A stretch of 29,356 nucleotides of DNA from positions 1 to 29,356 of the IMG/VR virus record IMGVR_UViG_3300020042_006411; one strand, written 5' to 3'. The DNA comes from a virus. Its lineage: Duplodnaviria; Caudoviricetes. This document shows positions 18,501-25,472 of this stretch, piece by piece. Each line of letters opens with the position of its first letter. The stretch's first letter is position 1. The notes beneath the pieces were generated by a model. It saw only the letters and a program-made list of their open reading frames with translations, made no database searches and was not told the DNA's origin. The position numbers and the translations under genes are program-made.

Positions 18501-20127
18501 GGATGCGAGTCGCAAGCAAATGGAGCGCGATGGCTGGGACGCTGACAGTTTCGCACAGCTTGAAAAGTTTCTTTCGCCAGAAGCTAAGGCGCTGGGACGG
18601 TGGATTTCTGGCAGCTATCAAGATGCGGCTGGCATGATTGATCCGATTTATCGTAGGCTGTTCAATGCACCACTTCCGCGCATTAAGAACTATTCACCGA
18701 TCTATAGGCGCAACATGAACGCGGGCGGAGAGGTGATGGACTTGGACAGTTCAGACATGAATAGCGGCCTAGCTGCTGGCTTTACAAAGTCCCGCGTGAA
18801 TACGACGGCTTCACTTGTGGAGAGTGACGCGCTTGCCGTGTTCTTGGCTCATTGGGAAAACGTCTCTCATTGGGTGGCGCACGCTGAAATGATGCGGGAT
18901 ATGAAGGCTATCTTGTTGGATAAAGATACTGCCGTGGCAATCCGTCAGAAAAAGAGTGAGGGTTATCTGCAACGGCTCAAACAAGACATCAGCACAATTG
19001 AAAAGAACGGCACGAACAATGCAAACGAGCTTGTGAATATGTCGCGTTTCTGGCGCTGGCTTATGCAGTATCGAGCTTATAAAGGCTTGGCGTTTCGTAT
19101 TTCTCCCATTATCAAACAAACTCCAGCGCTGCTAAATCCACTCTTGGCTGACGTGCCTGCTCACAATTACATGATGGGGCTTTCTCGCGCATTTATTGAG
19201 CCGCAGGCATTTGCTAGTGAAGTTTCCGCAATGTGGAAATCTGACATTATCCGCCGTCGTATTGAGTCGGGTTTCTCCGCTGAATCTCGCGTTGCGATGC
19301 AGGGTTCAAGCATGACCGGATCTCAAGCCATTCTTGCTATGCAAGCAGGCATGATGCCTATGGGCATGGTTGACGGTGGGTGGACTGCCCTGGGCGCTGC
19401 TATTTCCTTTGATTATTATCGGCGCGGATACATGCGTGAAAACCCGCAGATGACGCCAGAGATTGCAGATGCCAAGGCCATTGCACGTGTTGAAAAGATG
19501 ATTGCCACGTCGGCGCAACCTTCCGACGTTTATGCCCGCGCTCTTTACGAGCGTAATGGCAATGCGTTTATGCGTTCAATGTCAATGTTTGTATCTGACC
19601 AACGTAAGGCTCTTGCGATTGAGCTAATGGCAATTCGCAAGCTGGCAACGGGCAAGTCTAAAAACAAATCGCTGGACGTTCAGCGGGCGTTTGTGGCTCA
19701 TATCGTGCAAGCTGCTGTTTCGCAGGTAATGGCTGGTGTGATTGCTTCGCTATTAGGTGACGATGAAGATCGTGATCGCGAGTGGAGCACAGATCAGTGG
19801 ACGCTTGCGCTTACACTTGGCCCTGTAAATGGGCTATTTGTAGCTGGTCGATTGATCGACAAAGGCCTCCGTTCGATTCTTGGACTTCGCGTGTTTCCGA
19901 GTGATAACCTTGCCGATAAGGCATTTGTGGACATTTGGCGCGCTGGCAAAAATATAGATGATATTTTTAGTGATGATCCTGAAGATGTGATTAATGAAAT
20001 TGACAACTTATCTGCCGCCGCTGGCGCTGGCTTATCCGCTGCATTTGGCCCCGCCGCTGGCGCTGTCGATGTCGGCGCTAACGTGCTACGCGAAGCCCGC
20101 AAGATTCAAGATCGGCTAAGTGAGTAA
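12511..20127 (+). CDS. Giant internal virion / large polyvalent protein (gp16-like position)
   Basis: 2538-aa uninterrupted ORF; Gly/Ala hydrophobic segments with ATEVSEEFIQG, FSI(A/S)P linker repeats, DAEYLAAVES motif, helical C-terminal region. Confidence 0.85.
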   Translation: MPITRPSTQEDADNRLREAFIIQDFGALGGEVESYPLPDRNALLYSSATSAWAERILGAPANPYHPGWQGQKDGIVRSYFGEREAKDVSDEDLFGKIATDYRAQEKIANAARIAAARGESWLGKFREVETQEAGSIIPGRMTNYLGLARAAHDEMAAKVNPYRNTIKAVADMARNIDTSAEGMDWGAMASELVKIPKEDRPYVLEALSLQTPGESKAGDAERIKTAFVRGMERYLDTAVSSLETAGESTAGEFLRQSYGFDVEAQTPEQKAQRADFLDLRDDMRDIATGKLAPLKAVKIAGMNIAGAAEMLPMTLGSFVPYVGAAVTLGSFQRSTYNDIRRSNPEMSRDSANAIATVSAPFQAITEIASDRFLFGRLPNLKRAFTQPIFSATGALGMFATRAAIGTATEVSEEFIQGVTPLAIQDLSKALGQDLPGSDWNGFLGEFAQSLPELISTILPLAIVGAGTGQLSDFRAGRQLARSPDMLIAAQYSPESAAKISELANAGKWSEAEDAIRLDWAKINAKGADMAQVKATAEQRIQAAERIKSLQREQVSAEGLQTTSPDFTASVTRSPTGWQVTTGEGTIIPVDSAEAANQIYSKLRQVGSQQEADALVSVIDGYYEQGRQAETVFTGETVQASDVEAVGVVATRRDAGGAILSQRQLGPQALETVRAEAEVAGIKSGTQGIFAHINGSNEVFPMRVANGAKEIFRRMNLYKSQAEGQPQVITFLHENFESTWRLGMENGTFSDQETRTAMRALLPAFEGVTTLNAEEAQFIDNLRTLASGKGNETMLRETVSEMVIRDVLGRDRQGLATGMKPGSISRAIEASVMGANTQEEVSALKSILAAIKAFTAYLKGVFGTVDAITKARDEGKLGEEYDTFINKVLGIDEVKQMEGQAIDEAKAMLGVDEEAQAVIDAGNMAFSIAPLRAFTTKAEKEYAFGDGRYTHPVTLTNGTRLSGETFDYKWGSKIEIGKAGGIPTFFGYTKNGDEITIQARDVRPDMVASSRDNNRSANDLRDRLMMWHNKAKEQGFNFLDAGNMAFSISPVTPEQDAEYLAAVESAIETFSDLSPKQAENLRDLLEAEGWAIEYEGSNGALVYTSAEDLQERGIPRAVIYADFSSQADPQSLEDAIDYLIAGGFIDGDSRKVAESYWSKVVPVVPSKNAITGLDYIAESDKGPFPVQARDLASKYQLTPDQQRQLVEARSMVAFEVLKKDLIASADMVPIKRVGSMAELRALVEASYPSMPAEHVRAAVEKAWQRNQGDYSFLEGNDFNIANAVVRPYARHNFTNYDSIIRRAGGKSDAREATFDEVEGLLSEWHANPARFSISPIRNLNELSDQVERNFAENPAGALEVKSKVIRQFAKLADKWSNERWTPQGNKIRPISEKRTVKSLDKEQAMRQAQREVELVNEGMDKLTPNTIMAYSEGVGTLEDDPLVKKMLHDNGKLMSKATAERESRNIKDQYEDAGWIPPSWYSGGTTITTVIVTRADGSNESYDARKVPDEVKSEISNGAAKAVIKKHRTPATGGIMPDVMANNLGFDYASEMWAALESSIKSHRNAKADYAKAEAAVKAVEKAAFEQARQEAQAWRDETDAMQKEDWSPRESLVRDLITLEAIVAMFPQEIRGKIGGFVTLARKASEAARLKVLQRQLERGQELLEKHLKEQYGTAVDKLLERYQSKRDSSGRISGKILSTATEQVDYAAEFIDLDIVSQAKEQAALEKQVEESESAEEVQDALTKLGIARLFEVWDTKDSASRESAFLWLNETIEQGKQGKKLLDEERKAFLDDMRQSGQASILQGDELNAAVADNLTNLNKGVMRRALLGMRGVLSESLWTTLQRLELIFGEDSKILDYFSSKIINAANLSTDIKRMVEAQKKEALSIIFNSDSKFQHARGIAELQKLKDSGIMISKVTKKEIKLDIDTLTKLADGTMDAKTAGLEQAEVDAALEEFAANARKRTVTIEKVTSRAAPTSRTMSETQGIQWWLWSMQDASRKQMERDGWDADSFAQLEKFLSPEAKALGRWISGSYQDAAGMIDPIYRRLFNAPLPRIKNYSPIYRRNMNAGGEVMDLDSSDMNSGLAAGFTKSRVNTTASLVESDALAVFLAHWENVSHWVAHAEMMRDMKAILLDKDTAVAIRQKKSEGYLQRLKQDISTIEKNGTNNANELVNMSRFWRWLMQYRAYKGLAFRISPIIKQTPALLNPLLADVPAHNYMMGLSRAFIEPQAFASEVSAMWKSDIIRRRIESGFSAESRVAMQGSSMTGSQAILAMQAGMMPMGMVDGGWTALGAAISFDYYRRGYMRENPQMTPEIADAKAIARVEKMIATSAQPSDVYARALYERNGNAFMRSMSMFVSDQRKALAIELMAIRKLATGKSKNKSLDVQRAFVAHIVQAAVSQVMAGVIASLLGDDEDRDREWSTDQWTLALTLGPVNGLFVAGRLIDKGLRSILGLRVFPSDNLADKAFVDIWRAGKNIDDIFSDDPEDVINEIDNLSAAAGAGLSAAFGPAAGAVDVGANVLREARKIQDRLSE

Positions 20128-20432
20128 ATATCAGCAAGCACAGCCTTTAGCCTGTCGATCTTGACGGCCTGTTGTTGGATCGTCTGAACCTTTCTGGCTG
20201 TTGCTATTAGGTGAGACTCACGGGCTTCCTGTAGACGCTCTAGAAGCTCGGCGTTGGCTGCTAGTGCTGCGTTGAGTTCGCGCTCCAGTTGGCGTGCAAA
20301 GTCTGCTAAAACTATGTCTCCGTAAACTATCTTGGAGTCTCGCTTAACATAGATGTCAATGCAGCTATCATCGCAGTCGATTAATGTTAGCTCTGCCTCT
20401 GAATCGGTTTTAGGTGTTGGTGTATCGCTCAT
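20106..20432 (-). CDS. Island gene A (MSDTPTP... ADFARQLERE, coiled coil)
   Basis: 108 aa; ATGA-coupled to gene B; its 3' end overlaps the 3' end of the giant gene by 22 nt. Confidence 0.8.
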   Translation of the reverse strand: MSDTPTPKTDSEAELTLIDCDDSCIDIYVKRDSKIVYGDIVLADFARQLERELNAALAANAELLERLQEARESHLIATARKVQTIQQQAVKIDRLKAVLADIYSLSRS

Positions 20433-20755
20433 GGTTTGGTGAAGGGGTAAAGTCTGGCGAGGGCGTGATTCTGCCTATCATCAAGTAGCCAAGACGCATC
20501 ACTCGGAGGATCGTCAGCAAAGGAATGAAAAACCTCCCTGATAGCCTCGCGCATGGCGGTGTTATCAGCTAAAACCTTGTCTAGAGCTTCGTTGAGGGAC
20601 GATCTAGCTCTTTCACTACTTCTAAACAAAGAAAGCGCAGTATCTCGCTCGCGTTCTAGTTGTCGGGCAAAGTCTGCCGAAACAGGATCATTTGGGCAAG
20701 TTTTTGAGCGTTTGTGCCTTTTTCTCTCTGCGTCTGTTCTCGGTGTATCGTTCAT
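20429..20755 (-). CDS. Island gene B (MNDTPRTD... ADFARQLERE... NTAMREAIR... LARLYPFTKP)
   Basis: 108 aa; ATGA-coupled on both sides; shares modules with genes A, C and D. Confidence 0.8.
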   Translation of the reverse strand: MNDTPRTDAERKRHKRSKTCPNDPVSADFARQLERERDTALSLFRSSERARSSLNEALDKVLADNTAMREAIREVFHSFADDPPSDASWLLDDRQNHALARLYPFTKP

Positions 20756-21081
20756 GGTGTGATGAATGGTTGGAGTTTGGCGAGGGCTTGTTGGTCTGGA
20801 TACGGGGATGCCTTGATGGCATCATGCGCCTTTCTGATAGCCTCGCGCATGGCGGTGTTTTCATCCCTGACTTGGCGCAAGTGCTCAGCGTTGCAGCTTG
20901 CATCTAGCTCCATTTTAAGGTTGGCAATCTCCGCAGCCGGATCAGCCATGCCAGCGCAAGCGTTGACGCATTCTGCTATTCGGCGCTCATCTCCAGCGCT
21001 GCCGTTGCGGGTTAGCGCAAGATCGAAATCGTAGTTATAATTCCACGGCTCGCCGTAGTCGGGTGTTGGTGTAGTACTCAT
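20752..21081 (-). CDS. Island gene C (MSTTPTP... RRIAECVNACAG... NTAMREAIR... LAKLQPFITP)
   Basis: 109 aa; ATGA-coupled; RRIxxCVNACxG is a motif I recognise from small phage proteins. Confidence 0.8.
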   Translation of the reverse strand: MSTTPTPDYGEPWNYNYDFDLALTRNGSAGDERRIAECVNACAGMADPAAEIANLKMELDASCNAEHLRQVRDENTAMREAIRKAHDAIKASPYPDQQALAKLQPFITP

Positions 21082-21350
21082 GGTGTGGTGAAAGGTTGGA
21101 GTTTGGAAGCTGCTTTCATTCCGAGATTGCGTAACCTGTGACTATCATCTTGGTCATACTCCGGCATCGTGGCGATCTTAAACAAGTCGTCGTGGGCTGT
21201 TTTGATAGCCTCGCGCATCTCTTTAATCGTCGCCATGTCTTCCGCTCGAAGGTTGGCCAGTTTCAAAGCAAGCTCTGCAAGCTCGTCATACTCGCGTTGT
21301 TCGACGAGTTCGATGATGCCTTCCGGCGTGTGGTAAGGGTAGGTTTTCAT
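21078..21350 (-). CDS. Island gene D (MKTYPYHTP... EMREAIK... ASKLQPFTTP)
   Basis: Start placed at 21350 because of the ATGA overlap with gene E's stop (21347-21349); 90 aa. Confidence 0.78.
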   Translation of the reverse strand: MKTYPYHTPEGIIELVEQREYDELAELALKLANLRAEDMATIKEMREAIKTAHDDLFKIATMPEYDQDDSHRLRNLGMKAASKLQPFTTP

Positions 21351-21985
21351 TGTGCGTTTTCCTTTCGTGCTGCGAGCATTGCGTCTGCTATATCGTAGCA
21401 ATCAGCGGCAAGAAGGTCTCGATGTTCATGAGGGTTGCTTAGCCTTGTGGCTTTACCTTGAAGTGCCATCCCTGCGAACCAGTCGCGGAGGGACATGTCT
21501 TGCATGGGATTGACATCGCCGACTTGCGGAGTCCATTCTGATTTCGTTACCAAAGGCTCGTCGGCGTAGCGCCAGCCTCGAACGGTTGTCCATTTTTCCC
21601 AATTCCAATTAATCGCTTTATCGGCTGGACGTTTTCGCAAGTCTTCGCCTATACAAACTTCAACCATTGCCTCCCAATCGCAAGGCATCGGATCGCCGGG
21701 AGTGTAGCGAGTCCAAGTCTTGCCGTGGGCTTCAAAGGTTTCTGGCTCTTGCTTATCGGCTGGCACTGGCAAGCGGATGTCAGCGAAGTGGGTGTCTTGT
21801 GTTGTTAGGCAGATTGCGTATAGAAGCCAATCTCCATTTTTGCAGTATCCCGTCATTCTCACGCACCCTTCCGGCACCTCACCAGCTTCGGAAAGTGGGC
21901 GGAGTTGTGATATGTTCAAAACTTCCCGCTCACTCATGCGGTCGCAGGCAGCTTGGAGTTGTTCGTTTGTGTATGTCGTTTTCAT
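21347..21985 (-). CDS. Island gene E, mosaic protein with C-terminal MSLRDWFAGMALQG...CYDIADAMLAAR module
   Basis: 212 aa; the C-terminal module matches the widespread small phage domain MTLRDYFA...AYxxADAMLxAR; middle part HGKTWTRYTPGDPMPC...GWRYAD. Confidence 0.78.
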   Translation of the reverse strand: MKTTYTNEQLQAACDRMSEREVLNISQLRPLSEAGEVPEGCVRMTGYCKNGDWLLYAICLTTQDTHFADIRLPVPADKQEPETFEAHGKTWTRYTPGDPMPCDWEAMVEVCIGEDLRKRPADKAINWNWEKWTTVRGWRYADEPLVTKSEWTPQVGDVNPMQDMSLRDWFAGMALQGKATRLSNPHEHRDLLAADCYDIADAMLAARKENAQ

Positions 21986-21996
21986 GTGATGATTTT

Positions 21997-22032
21997 AAAA
22001 CAAAAAGGCCGACTCGGGCAAGGAGTCGGCCT
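21997..22032 (-). terminator. Intrinsic terminator in the leader of the reverse island (attenuator-like)
   Basis: Minus strand AGGCCGACTC-CTTGCCC-GAGTCGGCCT followed by TTTTGTTTT, ending 11 nt before the gene E ATG. Confidence 0.75.
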
Positions 22033-22129
22033 AATGCGGTTCATCGCAAGTTGGACGGTCACGCCTTGCCCGCGAGAACCATTTCCCTTTTATTGATCGG
22101 ATTCCTCATCGCGTCAAATTAAAATGAGT

Positions 22130-22159
22130 TTGCTTTTAATCGCATTTGTGAGAATCTGG
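22130..22159 (+). promoter_or_regulatory. Putative late promoter with operator (copy 3), upstream of the fibre/lysis module
   Basis: TTGCTTTTAATCGCATTTGTGAGAATCTGG aligns without gaps to TTGCATCTTTTCTCAGATGTGAGAATCTAG at 4534. Confidence 0.6.
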
Positions 22160-22163
22160 CGAT

Positions 22164-22430
22164 ATGACTCTGAACCGAGAACACTCCTCTAAGGGCTACA
22201 AGATTAACGCTGGCACCTCAACCGTGACGTATAATTTCTACGGGTTCACGGTTTTGGCTGAGTCCGTTATTAACGCCATTACCGCTCCAACTGGCGGAGG
22301 CATTGAGAACAACTCATACGACGGCGACGAAGCTGGGCTTGCTGGCGTCACGTTGCCAGTTGGTTATTATCCAATTCGCGGAAGTGCGATTGATTTGACC
22401 TCCGGCACAGTCATCCTTTGGACTGAATAA
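22164..22430 (+). CDS. Small beta-rich putative virion protein
   Basis: 88 aa; GVTLPVG...GSAIDLTSGTVILW C-terminus; first gene of the fibre module. Confidence 0.7.
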   Translation: MTLNREHSSKGYKINAGTSTVTYNFYGFTVLAESVINAITAPTGGGIENNSYDGDEAGLAGVTLPVGYYPIRGSAIDLTSGTVILWTE

Positions 22431-22432
22431 AT

Positions 22433-22801
22433 ATGCCCGCCATGTGCCTCAGCTTAAACTTGCCCTCTGGCGTAGCTGATCGCACGTTGACACCTCCGAC
22501 CGTTGCGCCTGTGCTAACGGTTACGGCAGATCTAGGCAGCACAGTGGCACAGCTTGAATGGACGGCTAGCAATAAGACGGGTTCTTCGGGTTTTCTATAT
22601 TATCTTTATAGAAATGCAGGATCAGCTCCTGTTCCTGGAGTTGATTCTCCAATTAAATCTTACGCGGGATCAACTTTGACTGACTCTGATAATGTCACGA
22701 CGGCCACAGGTGAAACGTATTATTACATCATTGTGCCTAGCAATTCCGCAGGTGATGGCCCTGCCAGCAACGCAGTTAACATAATATTGCCCGGCATATG
22801 A
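22433..22801 (+). CDS. Fibronectin type III-like domain virion protein
   Basis: LEWTAS...YYLYRN...DSDNVT..GETYYYIIVPSNSAGDGPASN fits the FN3 pattern. Confidence 0.75.
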   Translation: MPAMCLSLNLPSGVADRTLTPPTVAPVLTVTADLGSTVAQLEWTASNKTGSSGFLYYLYRNAGSAPVPGVDSPIKSYAGSTLTDSDNVTTATGETYYYIIVPSNSAGDGPASNAVNIILPGI

Positions 22802-22935
22802 ACGCGCTTTCTCTCGGACTTCCTTTCGGTATTTCTCCGCCGACTTCGGCCCCTCCGCCTGGAACGTGGATACTTGCAGCTAATACTTGGGATGATACTG
22901 GCGTTTGGCTAGATAACGAAACTTGGAACGATTAA
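22798..22935 (+). CDS. 45-aa Trp/Asp-repeat peptide (not in ORF track)
   Basis: MNALSLGLPFGISPPTSAPPPGTWILAANTWDDTGVWLDNETWND; ATGA overlap with the upstream stop; ends 6 nt before the fibre ATG. Confidence 0.72.
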   Translation: MNALSLGLPFGISPPTSAPPPGTWILAANTWDDTGVWLDNETWND

Positions 22936-22941
22936 TAAAAT

Positions 22942-24645
22942 ATGCCTATCGGAACTATCACAAACGGCGAGTCGGGTTCATCCGTAAGGGCGAAACTCAA
23001 CAGCGTTATCTCTGCGACTAACTCGGCTCCTACGGATTACGCCACAGCCGCACAAGGTGCTACGGCTGACACGACGGCTAGTAGTCTTTCCTCGCACGTT
23101 GGAAACACAAGCAACCCGCACAGCGTCACCAAGTCGCAAGTCGGCCTCGCTAACGTAACAAATGACGCGCAGACTATTGCGTCAATCGTGCCGAATACCG
23201 CGCCAAGTGCAGGCCAGGTCTTAGTTGGCAACGCAGGCGGCACAGCTTACGCGCCGGTTTCCGCTTCGGGAGATGCTACGCTTGCGAGCACAGGCGCTTT
23301 AACATTGGCAACGGTTAACAGCAACGTCGGCAGTTTTGGCAGTGTCACGGCAGCGCCAGCGGTCACGGTAAACGCTAAAGGACTTGTTACGGCAGTTTCA
23401 ACGAATACGATCACGCCCGCAGTTGGTAGCATCACAGGACTAGGCACTGGTGTTGCTACGGCATTGGCTCAAAACGTCACTGGCAGCGGTAGCGTTGTTC
23501 TCGGGACATCTCCGACTCTTACGACTCCGGCGATTGGGACGCCATCAAGCGGCACACTGACAAGCTGCACCGGATTACCATTGAGCACTGGCGTCACTGG
23601 GACTCTGCCAATCGCTAACGGCGGCACAGGTCAAACGGCGCAGACAGCGGCATTTGACGCGCTTGCTCCGACCACGACCAAGGGCGATTTGATCGTGCAT
23701 AACGGCACCGATAACATCCGCGTGGCAGTTGGCGGCACTAATGGGCATGTGCTTACGGTGGATAGCGCAGAGGCCAGTGGCGTGAAATGGGCTGCTAGCG
23801 GCGGCGGTGGAAGCGGCCCTGACGTTCAGCTTTATACAGCCGATGCAACTTGGACGAATCCAAGCCCATCAACGGCCAAGCGCGTTTTTGTGCGTCTTGT
23901 TGGTGGCGGAGGCGGTGGTGGATCAGGGCGTAAAGGCGTGGCCGGAGTTAACAGATTCGGCGGTGGTGGAGCCGCCGCTGGCGCTGTCACTGAGTTTTGG
24001 ACTCTGACAACTGAGTTAGGATCTACAGCATCAGTCACAATTGGCGCTGGTGGCACAGGAGGAGCGGCGGTATCTACTGATACAACAAACGGCAACTCTG
24101 GAACGGCTGGCGGCAGCACTACGTTTGCAGGCATGACTGCTGTGGGCGGTGAGTTTGGGGTTGCTGGCGGTTCAAGCTCTGGAACAGCGGGCGCAGGTGT
24201 TGCCAACTCTTGTGTTTCCGGTGTTATTAGCACCATTAATGGCGCAGGCGGAGCTGGGGCTGCTGTTGCTGGCGCAGCAGGAACAACAATTAGTGGTGCC
24301 CTTCCAACTGGCGGCGGTGGCGGTGGTGGGCTTGATACCTCGAACACTAACCGTGCAGGCGGAGCAGGTGGAAGCATTGGAACTGCCGCAGGCATAACAG
24401 TCTTGGCAGGAGGAACGGCTGGAACTTCTGGTGGCGGCGCAGGCGGCAACGGCACTGCAGGTCGAGGATCAGGCACAGGTGGCGGAGGAGGTGGATCTAA
24501 CGGCGCTGGCGCTGGTGGCGCAGGCGGCAACGGCGGCGGCTTTGGCTCAGGGGGCGGCGGAGGAGCAGCTGGAACAAATAGCGTTGGCAATTCTGGCGCT
24601 GGCGGAAATGGTGCTCAGGGTTACGCGCTCATCATCACTTACTAA
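22942..24645 (+). CDS. Tail fibre protein with glycine-rich C-terminal domain
   Basis: [29 protein letters not shown] and [17 protein letters not shown] fibre modules; long Gly-rich domain starting [11 protein letters not shown] and ending GYALIITY. Confidence 0.85.
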   Translation: MPIGTITNGESGSSVRAKLNSVISATNSAPTDYATAAQGATADTTASSLSSHVGNTSNPHSVTKSQVGLANVTNDAQTIASIVPNTAPSAGQVLVGNAGGTAYAPVSASGDATLASTGALTLATVNSNVGSFGSVTAAPAVTVNAKGLVTAVSTNTITPAVGSITGLGTGVATALAQNVTGSGSVVLGTSPTLTTPAIGTPSSGTLTSCTGLPLSTGVTGTLPIANGGTGQTAQTAAFDALAPTTTKGDLIVHNGTDNIRVAVGGTNGHVLTVDSAEASGVKWAASGGGGSGPDVQLYTADATWTNPSPSTAKRVFVRLVGGGGGGGSGRKGVAGVNRFGGGGAAAGAVTEFWTLTTELGSTASVTIGAGGTGGAAVSTDTTNGNSGTAGGSTTFAGMTAVGGEFGVAGGSSSGTAGAGVANSCVSGVISTINGAGGAGAAVAGAAGTTISGALPTGGGGGGGLDTSNTNRAGGAGGSIGTAAGITVLAGGTAGTSGGGAGGNGTAGRGSGTGGGGGGSNGAGAGGAGGNGGGFGSGGGGGAAGTNSVGNSGAGGNGAQGYALIITY

Positions 24646-24647
24646 TT

Positions 24648-25037
24648 ATGAAACGAATTGCTCACATCGACGGAACCACGATCATCAATGTTTCTTTGGC
24701 ACCTAATGACGCGCCATTGGCACCGAATACCATGCTTGAAAGCGATGCTATCGCGGCTGGCTATACTTACAAAAGCGCCAGTGATACGCTGCCAATCGTC
24801 GTTTCCATGCGGAGCTTTCGCGAAGCGTGCGGGCGTGACCTTACAATCAGGATCAACGCTTACGTTGCCAGCATTGAAGATCTCAATGAGCGGTTTAAAG
24901 CTCAGACTGATTTTGAGTTTGCCACTACGGTTTCACGCGCTCATTTTCGCGTTTCGCAGATTGCTTCAGCTTTAAGCAAGACTGAATCCGAGATCGACGA
25001 AGTGTTTGCACTAGCTCAACAATTAGACTTAAATTGA
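24648..25037 (+). CDS. Probable tail fibre assembly/accessory protein
   Basis: Directly after the fibre gene; VSMRSFREA...EFATTVSR...IASAL..TESEIDEVF pattern seen in post-fibre genes. Confidence 0.65.
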   Translation: MKRIAHIDGTTIINVSLAPNDAPLAPNTMLESDAIAAGYTYKSASDTLPIVVSMRSFREACGRDLTIRINAYVASIEDLNERFKAQTDFEFATTVSRAHFRVSQIASALSKTESEIDEVFALAQQLDLN

Positions 25038-25040
25038 CTT

Positions 25041-25208
25041 ATGCAAGACAATCACCTCACTCCTTTCATTGGATCGCTAATCGCCTTTGCAAGCACGGTG
25101 ACAAGTCTTGCAGAAATCGAAGTTTGGCTCAAGCTGAGTTCTTTAGCAGTCGGAACTTTAGCTGGAATTTTAGGCTGCATTTCAGCAATCAACAACCTCC
25201 GCAAATAA
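25041..25208 (+). CDS. Holin-like membrane peptide, 55 aa (not in ORF track)
   Basis: MQDNHLTPFIGSLIAFASTVTSLAEIEVWLKLSSLAVGTLAGILGCISAINNLRK: two hydrophobic stretches and a basic C-terminus. Confidence 0.65.
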   Translation: MQDNHLTPFIGSLIAFASTVTSLAEIEVWLKLSSLAVGTLAGILGCISAINNLRK

Positions 25209-25209
25209 T

Positions 25210-25383
25210 ATGAAAAACGTCTTCAAAAACTGGAAAACTACCCTCGCTGGCATCTTTGGTTTTGCATCCGTAGTGGTGCCCGTCGTGCTGCCACAATATG
25301 CGCCAATCGCTCACCAAGTGACGGCTCTTGCTGTTAGTCTTGGGCTGATTGTAGCCAAGGACGGCGACAAGACTGGCTTGTAA
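25210..25383 (+). CDS. Holin-like membrane peptide, 57 aa (not in ORF track)
   Basis: MKNVFKNWKTTLAGIFGFASVVVPVVLPQYAPIAHQVTALAVSLGLIVAKDGDKTGL; NWKTT...GLIxAKD pattern of small phage two-TM proteins. Confidence 0.7.
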   Translation: MKNVFKNWKTTLAGIFGFASVVVPVVLPQYAPIAHQVTALAVSLGLIVAKDGDKTGL

Positions 25384-25390
25384 TTTCACA

Positions 25391-25455
25391 CATTGGGAAT
25401 AAAGCGGCCTTCTAAACCGTAGCCTGCAGTCGGGTGCAAGTCCTGCCCTAATGCC
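25391..25455 (+). pseudogene. Degenerate tRNA-Arg(TCT)-like element lacking a D-arm
   Basis: Acceptor-like stem CATTGGG/CCTAATG, anticodon arm GCGGC-CTTCTAA-ACCGT, T-arm CGGG-TGCAAGT-CCTG; followed by T9. Confidence 0.5.
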
Positions 25456-25472
25456 TTTTTTTTTAAAGGATT

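Larger units (their letters stand above)
20412..21113 (-). repeat. Three ~53-nt direct repeats spanning stop/start junctions, plus internal repeats
   Basis: Junction repeats at 20412-20464, 20735-20787 and 21061-21113; identical 26-mer CTGATAGCCTCGCGCATGGCGGTGTT at 20538-20563 and 20834-20859 (its 16-nt core recurs at 21203-21218, just beyond this span). Confidence 0.85.

Noticed and set aside
20412-21218. CRISPR array or integron attC sites
   Set aside because: The repeats are imperfect, protein-coding, about 325 nt apart and non-palindromic; no cas or integrase gene is present.
21667-22122. Plus-strand 151-aa ORF and other ORFs nested in the main genes
   Set aside because: They overlap better-supported, coupled genes or structured leaders and show no protein-like motifs.
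23832-24590. 252-aa Pro-rich minus-strand ORF
   Set aside because: It is the antisense shadow of the Gly codons (GGN) of the tail fibre.
22942-25037. Diversity-generating retroelement, as in BPP-1
   Set aside because: No reverse transcriptase and no TR/VR repeat pair differing at adenines is visible in the window.
25404-25420. Amber-suppressor (CTA) reading of the tRNA-like loop
   Set aside because: The stem pairs only in the register that centres TCT; the CTA register gives no stem.
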